Positions 47,714-56,891 of a DNA stretch of 64,000 bases are shown in pieces. Numbering within the stretch: position 1 is the stretch's first letter; the number at the start of each line of letters is the position of its first letter. The DNA comes from Vicinamibacteria bacterium (GTDB lineage: Bacteria > Acidobacteriota > Vicinamibacteria > Marinacidobacterales > Marinacidobacteraceae): positions 2,176,001 to 2,240,000 of the forward strand of contig CAXXLQ010000004.1 of assembly GCA_963668695.2 (NCBI GenBank), read 5' to 3'. A program made the translations under genes and the position numbers. The notes under the pieces are model-generated. The model had not been told where the DNA came from. It did not search any database and saw only the letters and a program-made list of their open reading frames with translations.

Positions 47714-48460
47714 ATGCGCCATTCGGGCGAGGCCGGCGCCAGTACCCCCGCAGCACCGCCGCTCTGGCGACTCGACGTGCGGCCGCTCGGCTACCGTCGC
47801 GCCTGGGAGTTGCAGCGGGAACTGGTCGGACGTCGGCAGCGGGAAGAAATCCCGGATGTACTTCTTCTCACCGAGCATCCGCCGGTTTTCACGCTGGGGA
47901 AGAGCGCCCACCGCGAACACCTCCTGGCGCCGCCGGCAGAACTCGCCGGTCGGGGCGCCGAGGTGATCGAGACGGATCGTGGCGGAGACGTGACCTTTCA
48001 CGGCCCCGGCCAGCTCGTCGCTTACCCGATCGTGCATCTGGCCGGCTGGAAGAAAGACGTCCACGCCTACCTGCGGGCGCTGGAGGCGGCCGCCATCGAA
48101 ACGGCGGCGTGGTTCGGGACGGCGGCGACGCGCCGTGAGGGGCTGACCGGGGTGTGGTGCTGCGCCGGAGGCGCTCCCCGCAAACTGGCTTCGATCGGGG
48201 TCCGGGTGTCGCGCTGGGTGGCCTCGCACGGCCTGGCTCTCAACGTGACCACCGATCTCGGCTGGTTCTCGCACATCGTGCCGTGCGGCATCCGGGATTC
48301 GGCGACCACCTCGCTCGAGCTCGAAACCGCGCGCTCGCTCACGGTGGACGCGGTGGCGGATCGGCTGGCGGTCTCGCTCGCCGGCGTCATGGGGCGCCGG
48401 ATTGCGGCCGCGCCGGATTCCTTCGCCGCCGAGTTCGGCTGCTCGCGCGCGCCTTCGTAG
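47714..48460 (+). CDS. lipB: Octanoyl-ACP:protein octanoyltransferase
   Basis: EHPPVFTLG, DRGGDVTFHGPGQLVAYPI, KLASIG, HGLALNV and IVPCGI motifs. Confidence 0.95.
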   Translation: MRHSGEAGASTPAAPPLWRLDVRPLGYRRAWELQRELVGRRQREEIPDVLLLTEHPPVFTLGKSAHREHLLAPPAELAGRGAEVIETDRGGDVTFHGPGQLVAYPIVHLAGWKKDVHAYLRALEAAAIETAAWFGTAATRREGLTGVWCCAGGAPRKLASIGVRVSRWVASHGLALNVTTDLGWFSHIVPCGIRDSATTSLELETARSLTVDAVADRLAVSLAGVMGRRIAAAPDSFAAEFGCSRAPS

Positions 48461-48483
48461 GGGAACCCACCGCCAGGAACGCC

Positions 48484-49464
48484 GTGCCCGTCACCTACTT
48501 CGAGGCCATCCGCCGGGCGCTGCGCTCGGAGATGGAACGCGATCCCCGGGTGATCCTGCTCGGCGAAGACATCGGACTCTACGGCGGTGCCTTCCGTTTG
48601 ACGGACGGCTTCCTCGATGACTTCGGACCGGAGCGGGTACTCGACACTCCAATCAGCGAGGAGGGATTCACCGGGGTTGCCGTGGGCGCGGCGCTTGCCG
48701 GATTCCGTCCGGTCGTGGAGTTCCAGTTCATGGATTTCATCGCGAGTGCGTTCAACATGGTCACGAACTTCGCCGCGAAGAGCCGCTACCGCGCCGGCGC
48801 GGCAGTTCCCATCGTGCTTCGCGGCCCTTCCGGCGCCGGAGTCCGCGCCGGACCGTTCCATTCACAAAGTCCCGAGGCCCACTTTGCCCACACTCCGGGG
48901 ATCAAGGTGGTGGCGCCCGCGACCGCGCCGGACGCCGCGGGCCTCCTCCGGGCCGCGATCCGCGACGACGATCCGGTTCTGTTCCTCGAGCACAAACGGC
49001 TCTATCGGAGCCTCCGGGTTCCAGATGACGAGTTCGAGCGAGCGCCGGAAGTGATTCCCTTGGGAAGAGCGGCGATTCGGCGGGCAGGGGACGCACTCAC
49101 GATCGCCTCCTACGGGGCGGCGGTATGGATGGCGCTCGAGGCCGCGGAACGACTGGCTGCCGAGGGGGTCGAGGCGGAGGTGCTGGACCTGCGCTGTCTG
49201 GTCCCGCTCGATCGGGAGGCGGTCTTCGATTCCGTCCGGCGCACCAGCCGGTTGCTGGTGCTCCACGAGGCCAACCTGACCGGGGGTTTCGGCGGCGAGA
49301 TCGCAGCGCTGGCCGCCGAACACCTCTTCGGTGATCTGGACGCGCCAGTGACCCGGATCGCGGCGGCCGATACCCCGGTGCCCTATGCCGCGGAACTCGA
49401 GGATGCGGTGCTGCCGAACGCCACCCAGGTCGTCGAAGCGGCGCGCCGGTTGGTGCGGTACTGA
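48484..49464 (+). CDS. 2-oxoacid dehydrogenase E1 beta subunit
   Basis: LGEDIGLYGGAF, DTPISE, EFQFMDF, GPFHSQS, FLEHK and DLRCLVPLD motifs. Confidence 0.93.
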   Translation: MPVTYFEAIRRALRSEMERDPRVILLGEDIGLYGGAFRLTDGFLDDFGPERVLDTPISEEGFTGVAVGAALAGFRPVVEFQFMDFIASAFNMVTNFAAKSRYRAGAAVPIVLRGPSGAGVRAGPFHSQSPEAHFAHTPGIKVVAPATAPDAAGLLRAAIRDDDPVLFLEHKRLYRSLRVPDDEFERAPEVIPLGRAAIRRAGDALTIASYGAAVWMALEAAERLAAEGVEAEVLDLRCLVPLDREAVFDSVRRTSRLLVLHEANLTGGFGGEIAALAAEHLFGDLDAPVTRIAAADTPVPYAAELEDAVLPNATQVVEAARRLVRY

Positions 49465-49544
49465 TTCCCAGGCCTGCTCTTGGCGAGGCAGTCCTGACCA
49501 GCGCCCCGTTCCGGTGGCGTACAGCGGTCCGAGCCGAGAAGCGG

Positions 49545-49786
49545 CTGCCGGCAGCGAACTTTGTTCGCTGCCCGCGTTATCGGGGGAAAGTGTGAAAGGG
49601 GGGATTCTCCTCTTTCACAAGAAGGTAACGACAAATCGGAACTCGCCGCCGCGCGCGGGGAGCGCGCAAGGGAGTTTTGATTTGCGGCGCGCAGCGCCGG
49701 GCGGTCCGGGCACGGGGCGAACCAAGCAGACCCATGCCACGAAACACCACCGGCAATGCTGGTGCGCCCCGTTCCCGGACCGCTAG
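49545..49786 (-). repeat. Family B composite repeat in reverse orientation, starting at the lipA stop
   Basis: Minus strand reads TAGCGGTCCGGGAACGGGG-49 nt-CCCCGTGCCCGGACCGCCC, then C, D and E. Confidence 0.82.
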
Positions 49787-50706
49787 GGGATCTGGTTCGC
49801 GGCGTGGTACGAACTTCTCACCAGCGGGCCCGCCTCCACGTGACGGAGCCCGATCGCCTTGCCCCGCTCGGCAACCGCGCGGAACTCGTCCGGCGGGACA
49901 AAGCGCTCGACGGGCAGATGCGCGGGAGTGGGCTGGAGGTATTGGCCCGCGGTGAGAATGTCCACGGAATTCCGCACGAGGTCTGCCATTAGCGAATCCA
50001 GTTCGTCGGCGGTCTCCCCGAGTCCGAGCATCACTCCGGTCTTGGTGAGCGCTTCCGGCCGGAGTTCCTTGGCGCGGCGGAGCAGGTCCAGCGAGCGCTG
50101 GTAGCGGGCGCCGGGACGGACGGCCTTGTAGAGGCGCGGCACCGTTTCCACGTTGTGGTTGAGGACCTCCGGGGCCTCCGCCATCACGATGGCGAGCGCC
50201 GCCGCATCCCCCTGGAAATCCGGAATCAACACCTCGACGGTGGTTTCCGGACAGCGCCGCCGGACCGCGCGGATGGTTTCTGCGAAGATTCCGGCGCCCC
50301 CGTCGGCGAGGTCGTCGCGGTTCACCGAAGTGATCACCGCATGGCGGAGATCCATGAGTTCGACGGCGTCCGCGACCCGCTCGGGTTCCTCGAGATCGAG
50401 GCCCACCGGGCGCCCGGTGGTCACTGCGCAGAACCGGCAGGCACGCGTGCAGATGTCACCCAGGATCATGAACGTCGCGGTTCCCTGGCCCCAGCATTCC
50501 GCGACGTTCGGGCAGCGCGCCTCTTCGCACACCGTGTGGAGGTTCTTCTCGCGAAGCAGCCTTCTGAGGCGCGCCCAGGCGGGGCCGGAGGGCATCCGCA
50601 CCTTGAGCCAATCCGGCCGGGGATGGCGCGCGGGTTTCGGTCCCGCTCCGGCGGTGGGGCTCAGCCCCGATCCGATGACCGGCAGGGGAACGACGGCGCC
50701 TGTCAA
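49783..50706 (-). CDS. lipA: Lipoyl synthase
   Basis: CEEARCPNVAEC, CTRACRFC, NHNVETV, GQYLQP and LVRSSY motifs. Confidence 0.97.
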   Translation of the reverse strand: MTGAVVPLPVIGSGLSPTAGAGPKPARHPRPDWLKVRMPSGPAWARLRRLLREKNLHTVCEEARCPNVAECWGQGTATFMILGDICTRACRFCAVTTGRPVGLDLEEPERVADAVELMDLRHAVITSVNRDDLADGGAGIFAETIRAVRRRCPETTVEVLIPDFQGDAAALAIVMAEAPEVLNHNVETVPRLYKAVRPGARYQRSLDLLRRAKELRPEALTKTGVMLGLGETADELDSLMADLVRNSVDILTAGQYLQPTPAHLPVERFVPPDEFRAVAERGKAIGLRHVEAGPLVRSSYHAANQIP

Positions 50707-52088
50707 GGACGGAGGTCGCCCTCGGGCCAGTTTTCGAGGCGGGACTTCACGGCCGCCATGAACTGGTCCGCGACCGCGCCGTCGATCAGGCGATGGTCGA
50801 ACGACAGCGCCAGGAACACCATGGAACGCACCGCGATGGCGTCCCCGTCCACGACCACCGGCCGCTTGTGAACGCCCCCGACTCCCAGAATCGCGACCTG
50901 CGGTTGGGCGATGATGGGAGTGCCGAAGAGCGCCCCGAAGGGACCCGGGTTCGTGATCGTAAAGGTGCCGCCCTGAACCTCGTCAGGGGTAAGCCCCCCG
51001 GTGCGGGCCCGCTTGGCCAGATCGGTGATTCCCCGGGCCAGCCCCATGAAGTTCCTTTCGTCGGCGCGCGCGAGTACCGGCACGATGAGCCCGTCCGGAA
51101 GGGCAACGGCGATGCCCAGATTCACGTTCCGGTGGTACACGACGTGGTCATCGCCGAGCGAAGCGTTCAGGACCGGGAACTCGCCGAGCGCGTCAATCGT
51201 CGCCTGGGCGAAGAACGGCATCAGGGTGAGCCGCACGCCGGCGCGCTCCTCGAAGGCCGTCCCGTTCGAGGCCCGGACGGCGACCACCCGCGACACGTCG
51301 ACCTCGAACACCGTGGTGACGTGAGCCGAGGTCCGGCGGGAGCGGATCATGTGATCGGCAATGGACCGCCGCATGTGGGAGAGTGGTTCGGTCCGGTCGC
51401 TTTCCGAGGCTTCCGGAACCTCGGGAAACGGCTCGGCTGGAACCAGGGCAGGCGTCGGAACGTCGTCGCTCGTCTCCGCCGGGGGCGCGGCGGGAGCCGG
51501 GAGCGGTTCGACCGCCGCGGGTTCCGGAGGAGCGGAGGGAGCGGCGGTTTCGGCCTGGGCTGCATCGCGGCCTTCCAGGAAGGCGAGCATGTCCTGTTTG
51601 CTGACCCGTCCGCCTTCGCCGGTCCCGGGAATGCTGGCGAGGTCCACGCCCTGTTCCCGCGCCATGCGCCGCACGAGCGGCGAACTGCGCGGCTGACGGC
51701 CGACGCTCTTGGCGCGCGCCCCCTCCCCATCGAGCGAGGGCGCCGGCGCTTCGGAGGCGGCCTCGCCGCCGCCGTCATCGGTCTCCGGAGCACCGGCCGG
51801 TGTCGGTTCGCCCGCCGGCTCCTGCGGTTCGCCGGGGGACCAGACTTCGCCTTCCGCCGCAATCCGGCCGACGACGGTGTTCACCGTGACGGTTTCGCCC
51901 TCCGGAACCAGGATCTCTACGAGACGCCCGGTGAGCGCCGCGGGAACCTCGGTATCCACCTTGTCGGTCGCGATGTCGAAGAGGGGATCATCCCGTTCGA
52001 CGGTGTCGCCGACCGCGACCCGCCACTTGGTGATCGTCCCCTCGGTGATGCTCTCGCCCATCTGGGGCATGATGATGTCGCTGGGCAC
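50703..52088 (-). CDS. Dihydrolipoamide acyltransferase (E2) of a 2-oxoacid dehydrogenase
   Basis: Lipoyl domain with TDKV, E3-binding SSPLVRRMA...GTGEGGRV, and catalytic FDHRLIDG. Confidence 0.95.
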   Translation of the reverse strand: MPSDIIMPQMGESITEGTITKWRVAVGDTVERDDPLFDIATDKVDTEVPAALTGRLVEILVPEGETVTVNTVVGRIAAEGEVWSPGEPQEPAGEPTPAGAPETDDGGGEAASEAPAPSLDGEGARAKSVGRQPRSSPLVRRMAREQGVDLASIPGTGEGGRVSKQDMLAFLEGRDAAQAETAAPSAPPEPAAVEPLPAPAAPPAETSDDVPTPALVPAEPFPEVPEASESDRTEPLSHMRRSIADHMIRSRRTSAHVTTVFEVDVSRVVAVRASNGTAFEERAGVRLTLMPFFAQATIDALGEFPVLNASLGDDHVVYHRNVNLGIAVALPDGLIVPVLARADERNFMGLARGITDLAKRARTGGLTPDEVQGGTFTITNPGPFGALFGTPIIAQPQVAILGVGGVHKRPVVVDGDAIAVRSMVFLALSFDHRLIDGAVADQFMAAVKSRLENWPEGDLRP

Positions 52089-52126
52089 GGGTCGGGAATT
52101 CTATTGCGAGCGGAGTGGCGGCTTCC

Positions 52127-54139
52127 TCACCCCACCGGGAGGTGTAGCGACAGGAACTCGAGAATCTTCTCCAGGAAGGCGTAGGCGGCGCCCCGATCGG
52201 TCTCCCAACGGAGGACCGCACGGCCGGCGTCACCGCGGAAATACAGCTCAACGAACGGGTAATCGCTGCGCGACCGCAACTCCTCCAGGAAATCGCTCTT
52301 GGCTGCGAGCGGGACCTCCGGTGTTTCCTCGCCGTGAAAGGACAGGAGTGGCGCCTGAACCGCGGCTCCCGCGCCGTTCAGCGACAGTCGACGGTAGTTC
52401 TCGAGGTTTCCGCGGATCGGTCCGAGTTCCCGCTCCAGGAAGGCGCGGCGCTCCGGGTCGAGTGCGCCGTATAGCGTGCGCGGGTCGGCGAACCCCAGGG
52501 CCTCTACGCCGCAGACGAAGGCATCCGGGTGACGCGCAAGCGCCGCCAGCGCCAGGAAGCCGCCGTACTCCATGCCGAAGATGCAGGCCGCATCCGGGGA
52601 AATATCCGGAAACGCCTGCGCGGCGCGGGTGGCTGCAACCAGATCTTCAAGGTCCGAGGCCCCCCAATCGCCGTCATTGAGCGCGGCGAATGCGGCGCCG
52701 CGTCCCCCCGTGCCCCGCACGTTGGGTGCGAGGACCGCATAGCCCCTCGCGGTGAGCAACTGCACGATGGGATCGAACCCGTTCCGCCACGCATCTCCCG
52801 CCTTGCCCCGAACGTGGACGAGCAGGGGCGCCGGCGCGGGCTCCGACGCCGCGGCGGGCCGGTAAAGGAACGCCCCCACGGTGACTCCCTCGTCCCGCTC
52901 GATCTCGATCCGCTCCGGCCGGGAAAAGCTCCGCACGTCGACTTCGGGAAACAGGGTGTCCGTGATCCGCTCGCGCCCCCCGGTGATGGGGAAGGACCAC
53001 ACGTCGCGGGGAAAGGCCGGCGCCTCATGAAGCGCGAAAAGTCTGCTGCCGTCGCGGCTCCAGCGGAGGCCGCGCGCGACGCCGGCGCCGCGGGTCACGA
53101 TCCGGACCCGCCCGGCCGCGCTCCAGCGTCCGTTTTCGTCGCGCTCAAGGCGCGACCGGTGGATGCGCCGGCTGCCGCGATCGGCCTCGATCCAGGCAAC
53201 TTCGAGTTCTCCGGCCGCACTTCCGGCGGGGCGGAAACGGGGTTCCGCAAGGTCGCGGTCCCCGGCAAGGAGAGGGTAGGGTGGGGCCGTGCCGTCGGCT
53301 GGCGCGAAGTACACGGCGTCGAACCCGCCGTCCGGGCATTCGGGGGTGCAGGTGGTTCCGCTTGCCCACGCGAGGCCGACGCCGTCCGGCGTCCAGTCGG
53401 GCAACCCGCGCACCAGACGGCCGCTTCCGGAAGTCACCACCACCGGCCCGGCCCCCGCTTCCACCGCCAGCACCGCCAGTTCCCGCCCGTCGCCGGAAGC
53501 GAAGCTGTAGGCGATCCGGCGTCCGTCCGACGACCAGACCGGCGGGCCCTCCTCCCCGGGATGGTTCGTGAGCCGCCGCGCGGGGCCACCGTCCACCGGC
53601 ACGAGCCAGATGTCCTGCCCCGTGTCGGGCCTGCTCTCCGGGCCGCTGCCGGGCGCCCGCCGGCCGACGAATGCGATCCGCTTCCCGGCTGGATCCACCG
53701 CCGGGGAGCGCGCCGCGAGCTCCGGCCCGGTCAGGGGCTCCGGTTCCCCCCCGAGAGCCAGCAGGAAGAGGCGGCCGGCTTCCAGTTCGTCACCGCGCGG
53801 CCGGCGTCCTGACACGAAGACGACGGACATTCCGTCACCGAGAAACCGTGGCCCCGAGTCCCAGCGCCGGCCCTCGGTGAGCGGGCCCGGGCGGGCGCCG
53901 GCGGCGGCGAGGAAGAGGGTCGAACGGTTCCGGGTGGATGCCGCGAGGACCACCCGGCGGCCGTCCGCGGACGCATCGAAGTCGAGCGCCTGCGGAAGGC
54001 CGAGGGCCGTATTGAGCGCAAGCTGCTGGTCCGGCTCGATGAGTTGCGCCTGCGGCGCCTGCCGCGCTTCCGCCGCGGCCGATCCGGCGGTGCAAAGCAG
54101 AAGGGCCGCGGCGCCGGCCCAACCCGCGGGACGCTTCAT
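52127..54139 (-). CDS. S9-family (TolB-like propeller + alpha/beta hydrolase) protein lacking the catalytic triad
   Basis: Signal peptide, PD40-like repeats (WSSDGRRIAY), GYAVLAPNVRGTGG; GMEYGG in place of GxSYGG. Confidence 0.85.
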   Translation of the reverse strand: MKRPAGWAGAAALLLCTAGSAAAEARQAPQAQLIEPDQQLALNTALGLPQALDFDASADGRRVVLAASTRNRSTLFLAAAGARPGPLTEGRRWDSGPRFLGDGMSVVFVSGRRPRGDELEAGRLFLLALGGEPEPLTGPELAARSPAVDPAGKRIAFVGRRAPGSGPESRPDTGQDIWLVPVDGGPARRLTNHPGEEGPPVWSSDGRRIAYSFASGDGRELAVLAVEAGAGPVVVTSGSGRLVRGLPDWTPDGVGLAWASGTTCTPECPDGGFDAVYFAPADGTAPPYPLLAGDRDLAEPRFRPAGSAAGELEVAWIEADRGSRRIHRSRLERDENGRWSAAGRVRIVTRGAGVARGLRWSRDGSRLFALHEAPAFPRDVWSFPITGGRERITDTLFPEVDVRSFSRPERIEIERDEGVTVGAFLYRPAAASEPAPAPLLVHVRGKAGDAWRNGFDPIVQLLTARGYAVLAPNVRGTGGRGAAFAALNDGDWGASDLEDLVAATRAAQAFPDISPDAACIFGMEYGGFLALAALARHPDAFVCGVEALGFADPRTLYGALDPERRAFLERELGPIRGNLENYRRLSLNGAGAAVQAPLLSFHGEETPEVPLAAKSDFLEELRSRSDYPFVELYFRGDAGRAVLRWETDRGAAYAFLEKILEFLSLHLPVG

Positions 54140-54178
54140 TCCGGAAGCGTAGTCTCCCGTCCGCATGGCCCCCGGCCC

Positions 54179-55196
54179 GGCAGCCTGTGGTGGAACGCCA
54201 CGCGGCCCAGTTCTCCCGGTGGGGGCTCGGCCGGCGATCCATCCCGGCCAACAGTCGGTGATGAAACCCACGCGGCCCAGTCTCCCGGTGGGGGCTCGGC
54301 CGGCGATTCATCCCGGCCAAACAACCGGTGGTTCTCCCGGTGGGGGCTCGGCCGGCGATTCATCCCGGCCAAACAACCGGTGGTGGAACCCACGCGGCCC
54401 AGTTCTCCCGGTGGGGGCTCGGCCGGCGATCCATCCCGGCCAAACAACCGGTGGTGGAACCCACGCGGCCCAGTTCTCCCGGTGGGGGCTCGGCCGGCGA
54501 TCCATCCCGGCCAAACAACCGGTGGTGGAACCCACGCGGCCCAGTTCTCCCGGTGGGGGCTCGGCCGGCGATCCATCCCGGCTGAACCGCGTCGCTGCGC
54601 GCCGCTCATCGTTGCGTTTCGGTCGAAATACACGCGGTATTCCTCCCTCACGCGCCTTGTCAGCCGGGCGCCTCCCCGGCCTCGGCGCTCACGCGGGTTC
54701 CACCACCGGCTGTTCACCGCGTCGCTGCGCGCCGCTCGTCGTTGCGTTTCGGTCGAAATACACCCGGGCCAGTTCTCCCGGTGGGGGCTCCTCCCTCACG
54801 CGCCTTGTCAGCCGGACCCCCACCGGGAGAACTGCGCCTCCCCGGCCTCGGCGCTCACGCGGGTTCCACCACCGGCTGTTCACCGCGTCGCTGCGCGCCG
54901 CTCGTCGTTGCGTTTCGGTCGAAATACACCCGGGCCAGTTCTCCCGGTGGGGGCTCCTCCCTCACGCGCCTTGTCAGCCGGACCCCCACCGGGAGAACTG
55001 GGCCTCCCCGGCCTCGGCGCTCACGCGGGTTCCACCACCGGCTGTTCACCGCGTCGCCGCGCGCCGCTCGTCGTTGCGTTTCGGTCGAAATACACCCGGG
55101 CCAGTTCTCCCGGTGGGGGCTCCTCCCTCACGCGCCTTGTCAGCCGGGCGCCTCCCCGGCCTCGGCGCTCACGCGGGTTCCACCACAGGTTGCTAG
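54179..55196 (+). mobile_element. Family A nested MITE array A7 (6 left halves + 4 right halves)
   Basis: Left units of ~71 bp (one internally deleted) run to ~54582; right units end at 54714, 54880, 55046 and 55196 (ACAGGTTGCTAG). Confidence 0.85.
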
Positions 55197-55247
55197 ACGG
55201 AATCGGGCGCGATAATGCGGGAAGTCCGCCGCACGAACCACCGTTTC

Positions 55248-56888
55248 ATGAGTCCTTCCCATCCGCCCATCCGCTTCGAGTCCCATCCGTCGCGCTACCG
55301 GCACTGGAGTCTCGAGACCGAGGGCAACATCGGCTGGCTGACGCTTCAGGTGGACGAGGCCGGCGGCATCCGGCCCGGGTACTCGCTCAAGCTCAACAGC
55401 TACGACCTGGGGGTGGACATCGAACTCGCGGACGCCGTGGAACGGCTGCGGTTCGAGCACCCGGAAGTCGGGGCGGTGGTGATCCGGAGCGGGCTCGACC
55501 GGGTGTTCTCCTCGGGGGCCAACATCTTCATGCTGGCCGGCTCTTCCCACGGATTCAAGGTGAACTTCTGCAAGTTCACGAACGAAACCCGACTCGCCAT
55601 CGAGGACGCGAGCCGGGGGAGCGGCCAGAAATACCTGGCCGCGCTTTCCGGCACCACCGCCGGGGGCGGCTACGAACTCGCGCTGGCCTGCGACGAGATC
55701 CTCCTCGCGGACGATGGCAGTTCGGCCGTCTCGCTGCCGGAGGTGCCACTGCTCGGAGTGCTCCCGGGAACCGGCGGGCTGACCCGGATCCTCGACAAAC
55801 GCGGGGTGCGGCGGGACCGCGCCGACGTGTTCGCCACCCTCGCCGAGGGGATCCGGGGCCGCCGCGCGTTGGAATGGGGTCTGGTGGACGGCCTCGCGCC
55901 GCGGAGCCGCTTCGACGAGCGGATTCGCGAGCGGGCGGCGGCGCTGGTCCCGTCGTGGGGCCGGGCGAAGCGAGGAGTGGTTCTGGAACCCCTCGAGCCC
56001 GAGGAGGGACCCGACTCCATCCGCTATCGCCATTTGGAACTCCGCCTCGACCGCGGCGCCCGGACCGCCACCCTGACCGTGCACGCCCCGGAGGACCCGT
56101 TCCCCGAGGACCGGGCGGCACTCGAGGCGGCCGGATCCTCGCTCTGGCACCTGCGGATGGCGCGGGAACTCGACGACGCGCTTTGCCGACTGCGTTTCAA
56201 CGAGCCGGAACTCGGCGTGATCCTTCTCCGGGTCGCGGGCGACCCCGACGCCGTTCGAGAGGCGGACAAACGGCTCGAAGGGTTCGGCGCGGGGGGGCTC
56301 GCCGGGGAGACCCGCTTGCGGGTGGGGCGGGCGCTCCGCCGGCTCGACCAGACCGCCCGGAGCTTCTTCGCGGTGGGGGAGCCCGGCGAAAGGTTCGTCG
56401 GAACCCTCGCGGAACTCGCGTTCGCCGCCGACCGCTCCTACCTCTGCGACGATCCGGACCGTCCCGCGGGGATCGAGGTCACCGCGCTGAACCTCGGCGC
56501 CTATCCAATGGGAAACGGCCTCTCGCGGCTTGAGACCCGGTTCTACGGAAAGTCCGATTGGGTCGAAAGTCTCCGGTGGCACGGTCCGGTCAGCGCTGCC
56601 GAGGCCGAGAAACTCGGCCTCGCCACCTTCGCCCCCGACGATCTCGACTGGGAGGACGAACTGCGGGTGGCCATCGAAGAGCGCGCCCGCTTCTCTCCGG
56701 ACGCGCTCACCGGGATGGAGGCGTCGCTCCGCTTTGCCGGCCCGGAAACCATGGAGACCCGGATCTTCGGACGCCTTTCGGCCTGGCAGAACTGGATCTT
56801 CCAGCGGCCGAACGCCATGGGCGAGCGCGGTGCGCTGACCATGTACGGGCGGCCCGAACGGGCCTCCTTCGACTGGGAACGAACGTGA
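55248..56888 (+). CDS. boxC: 2,3-epoxybenzoyl-CoA dihydrolase
   Basis: YRHW, LKLNSYDLGVDIEL, FSSGANI, KVNFCKFTNETR, LPEVPLLGVLPGTGG and LSAWQNWIFQRPNA motifs. Alternative start at 55215. Confidence 0.95.
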   Translation: MSPSHPPIRFESHPSRYRHWSLETEGNIGWLTLQVDEAGGIRPGYSLKLNSYDLGVDIELADAVERLRFEHPEVGAVVIRSGLDRVFSSGANIFMLAGSSHGFKVNFCKFTNETRLAIEDASRGSGQKYLAALSGTTAGGGYELALACDEILLADDGSSAVSLPEVPLLGVLPGTGGLTRILDKRGVRRDRADVFATLAEGIRGRRALEWGLVDGLAPRSRFDERIRERAAALVPSWGRAKRGVVLEPLEPEEGPDSIRYRHLELRLDRGARTATLTVHAPEDPFPEDRAALEAAGSSLWHLRMARELDDALCRLRFNEPELGVILLRVAGDPDAVREADKRLEGFGAGGLAGETRLRVGRALRRLDQTARSFFAVGEPGERFVGTLAELAFAADRSYLCDDPDRPAGIEVTALNLGAYPMGNGLSRLETRFYGKSDWVESLRWHGPVSAAEAEKLGLATFAPDDLDWEDELRVAIEERARFSPDALTGMEASLRFAGPETMETRIFGRLSAWQNWIFQRPNAMGERGALTMYGRPERASFDWERT

Positions 56889-56891
56889 TCC

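Noticed and set aside
54179-55196. CRISPR array (also considered for 5744-6529)
   Set aside because: The units are near-identical 71-bp and ~165-bp blocks with no unique spacers, and no cas genes are present. Nested MITE halves explain the pattern.
54044-56533. Long ORFs crossing the repeat arrays (also 5696-6529, 5854-7185, 47046-47714, 490-720)
   Set aside because: They are translations of stop-poor GC-rich repeats (RPSSPGGGS, HRENW) with no domain signal.
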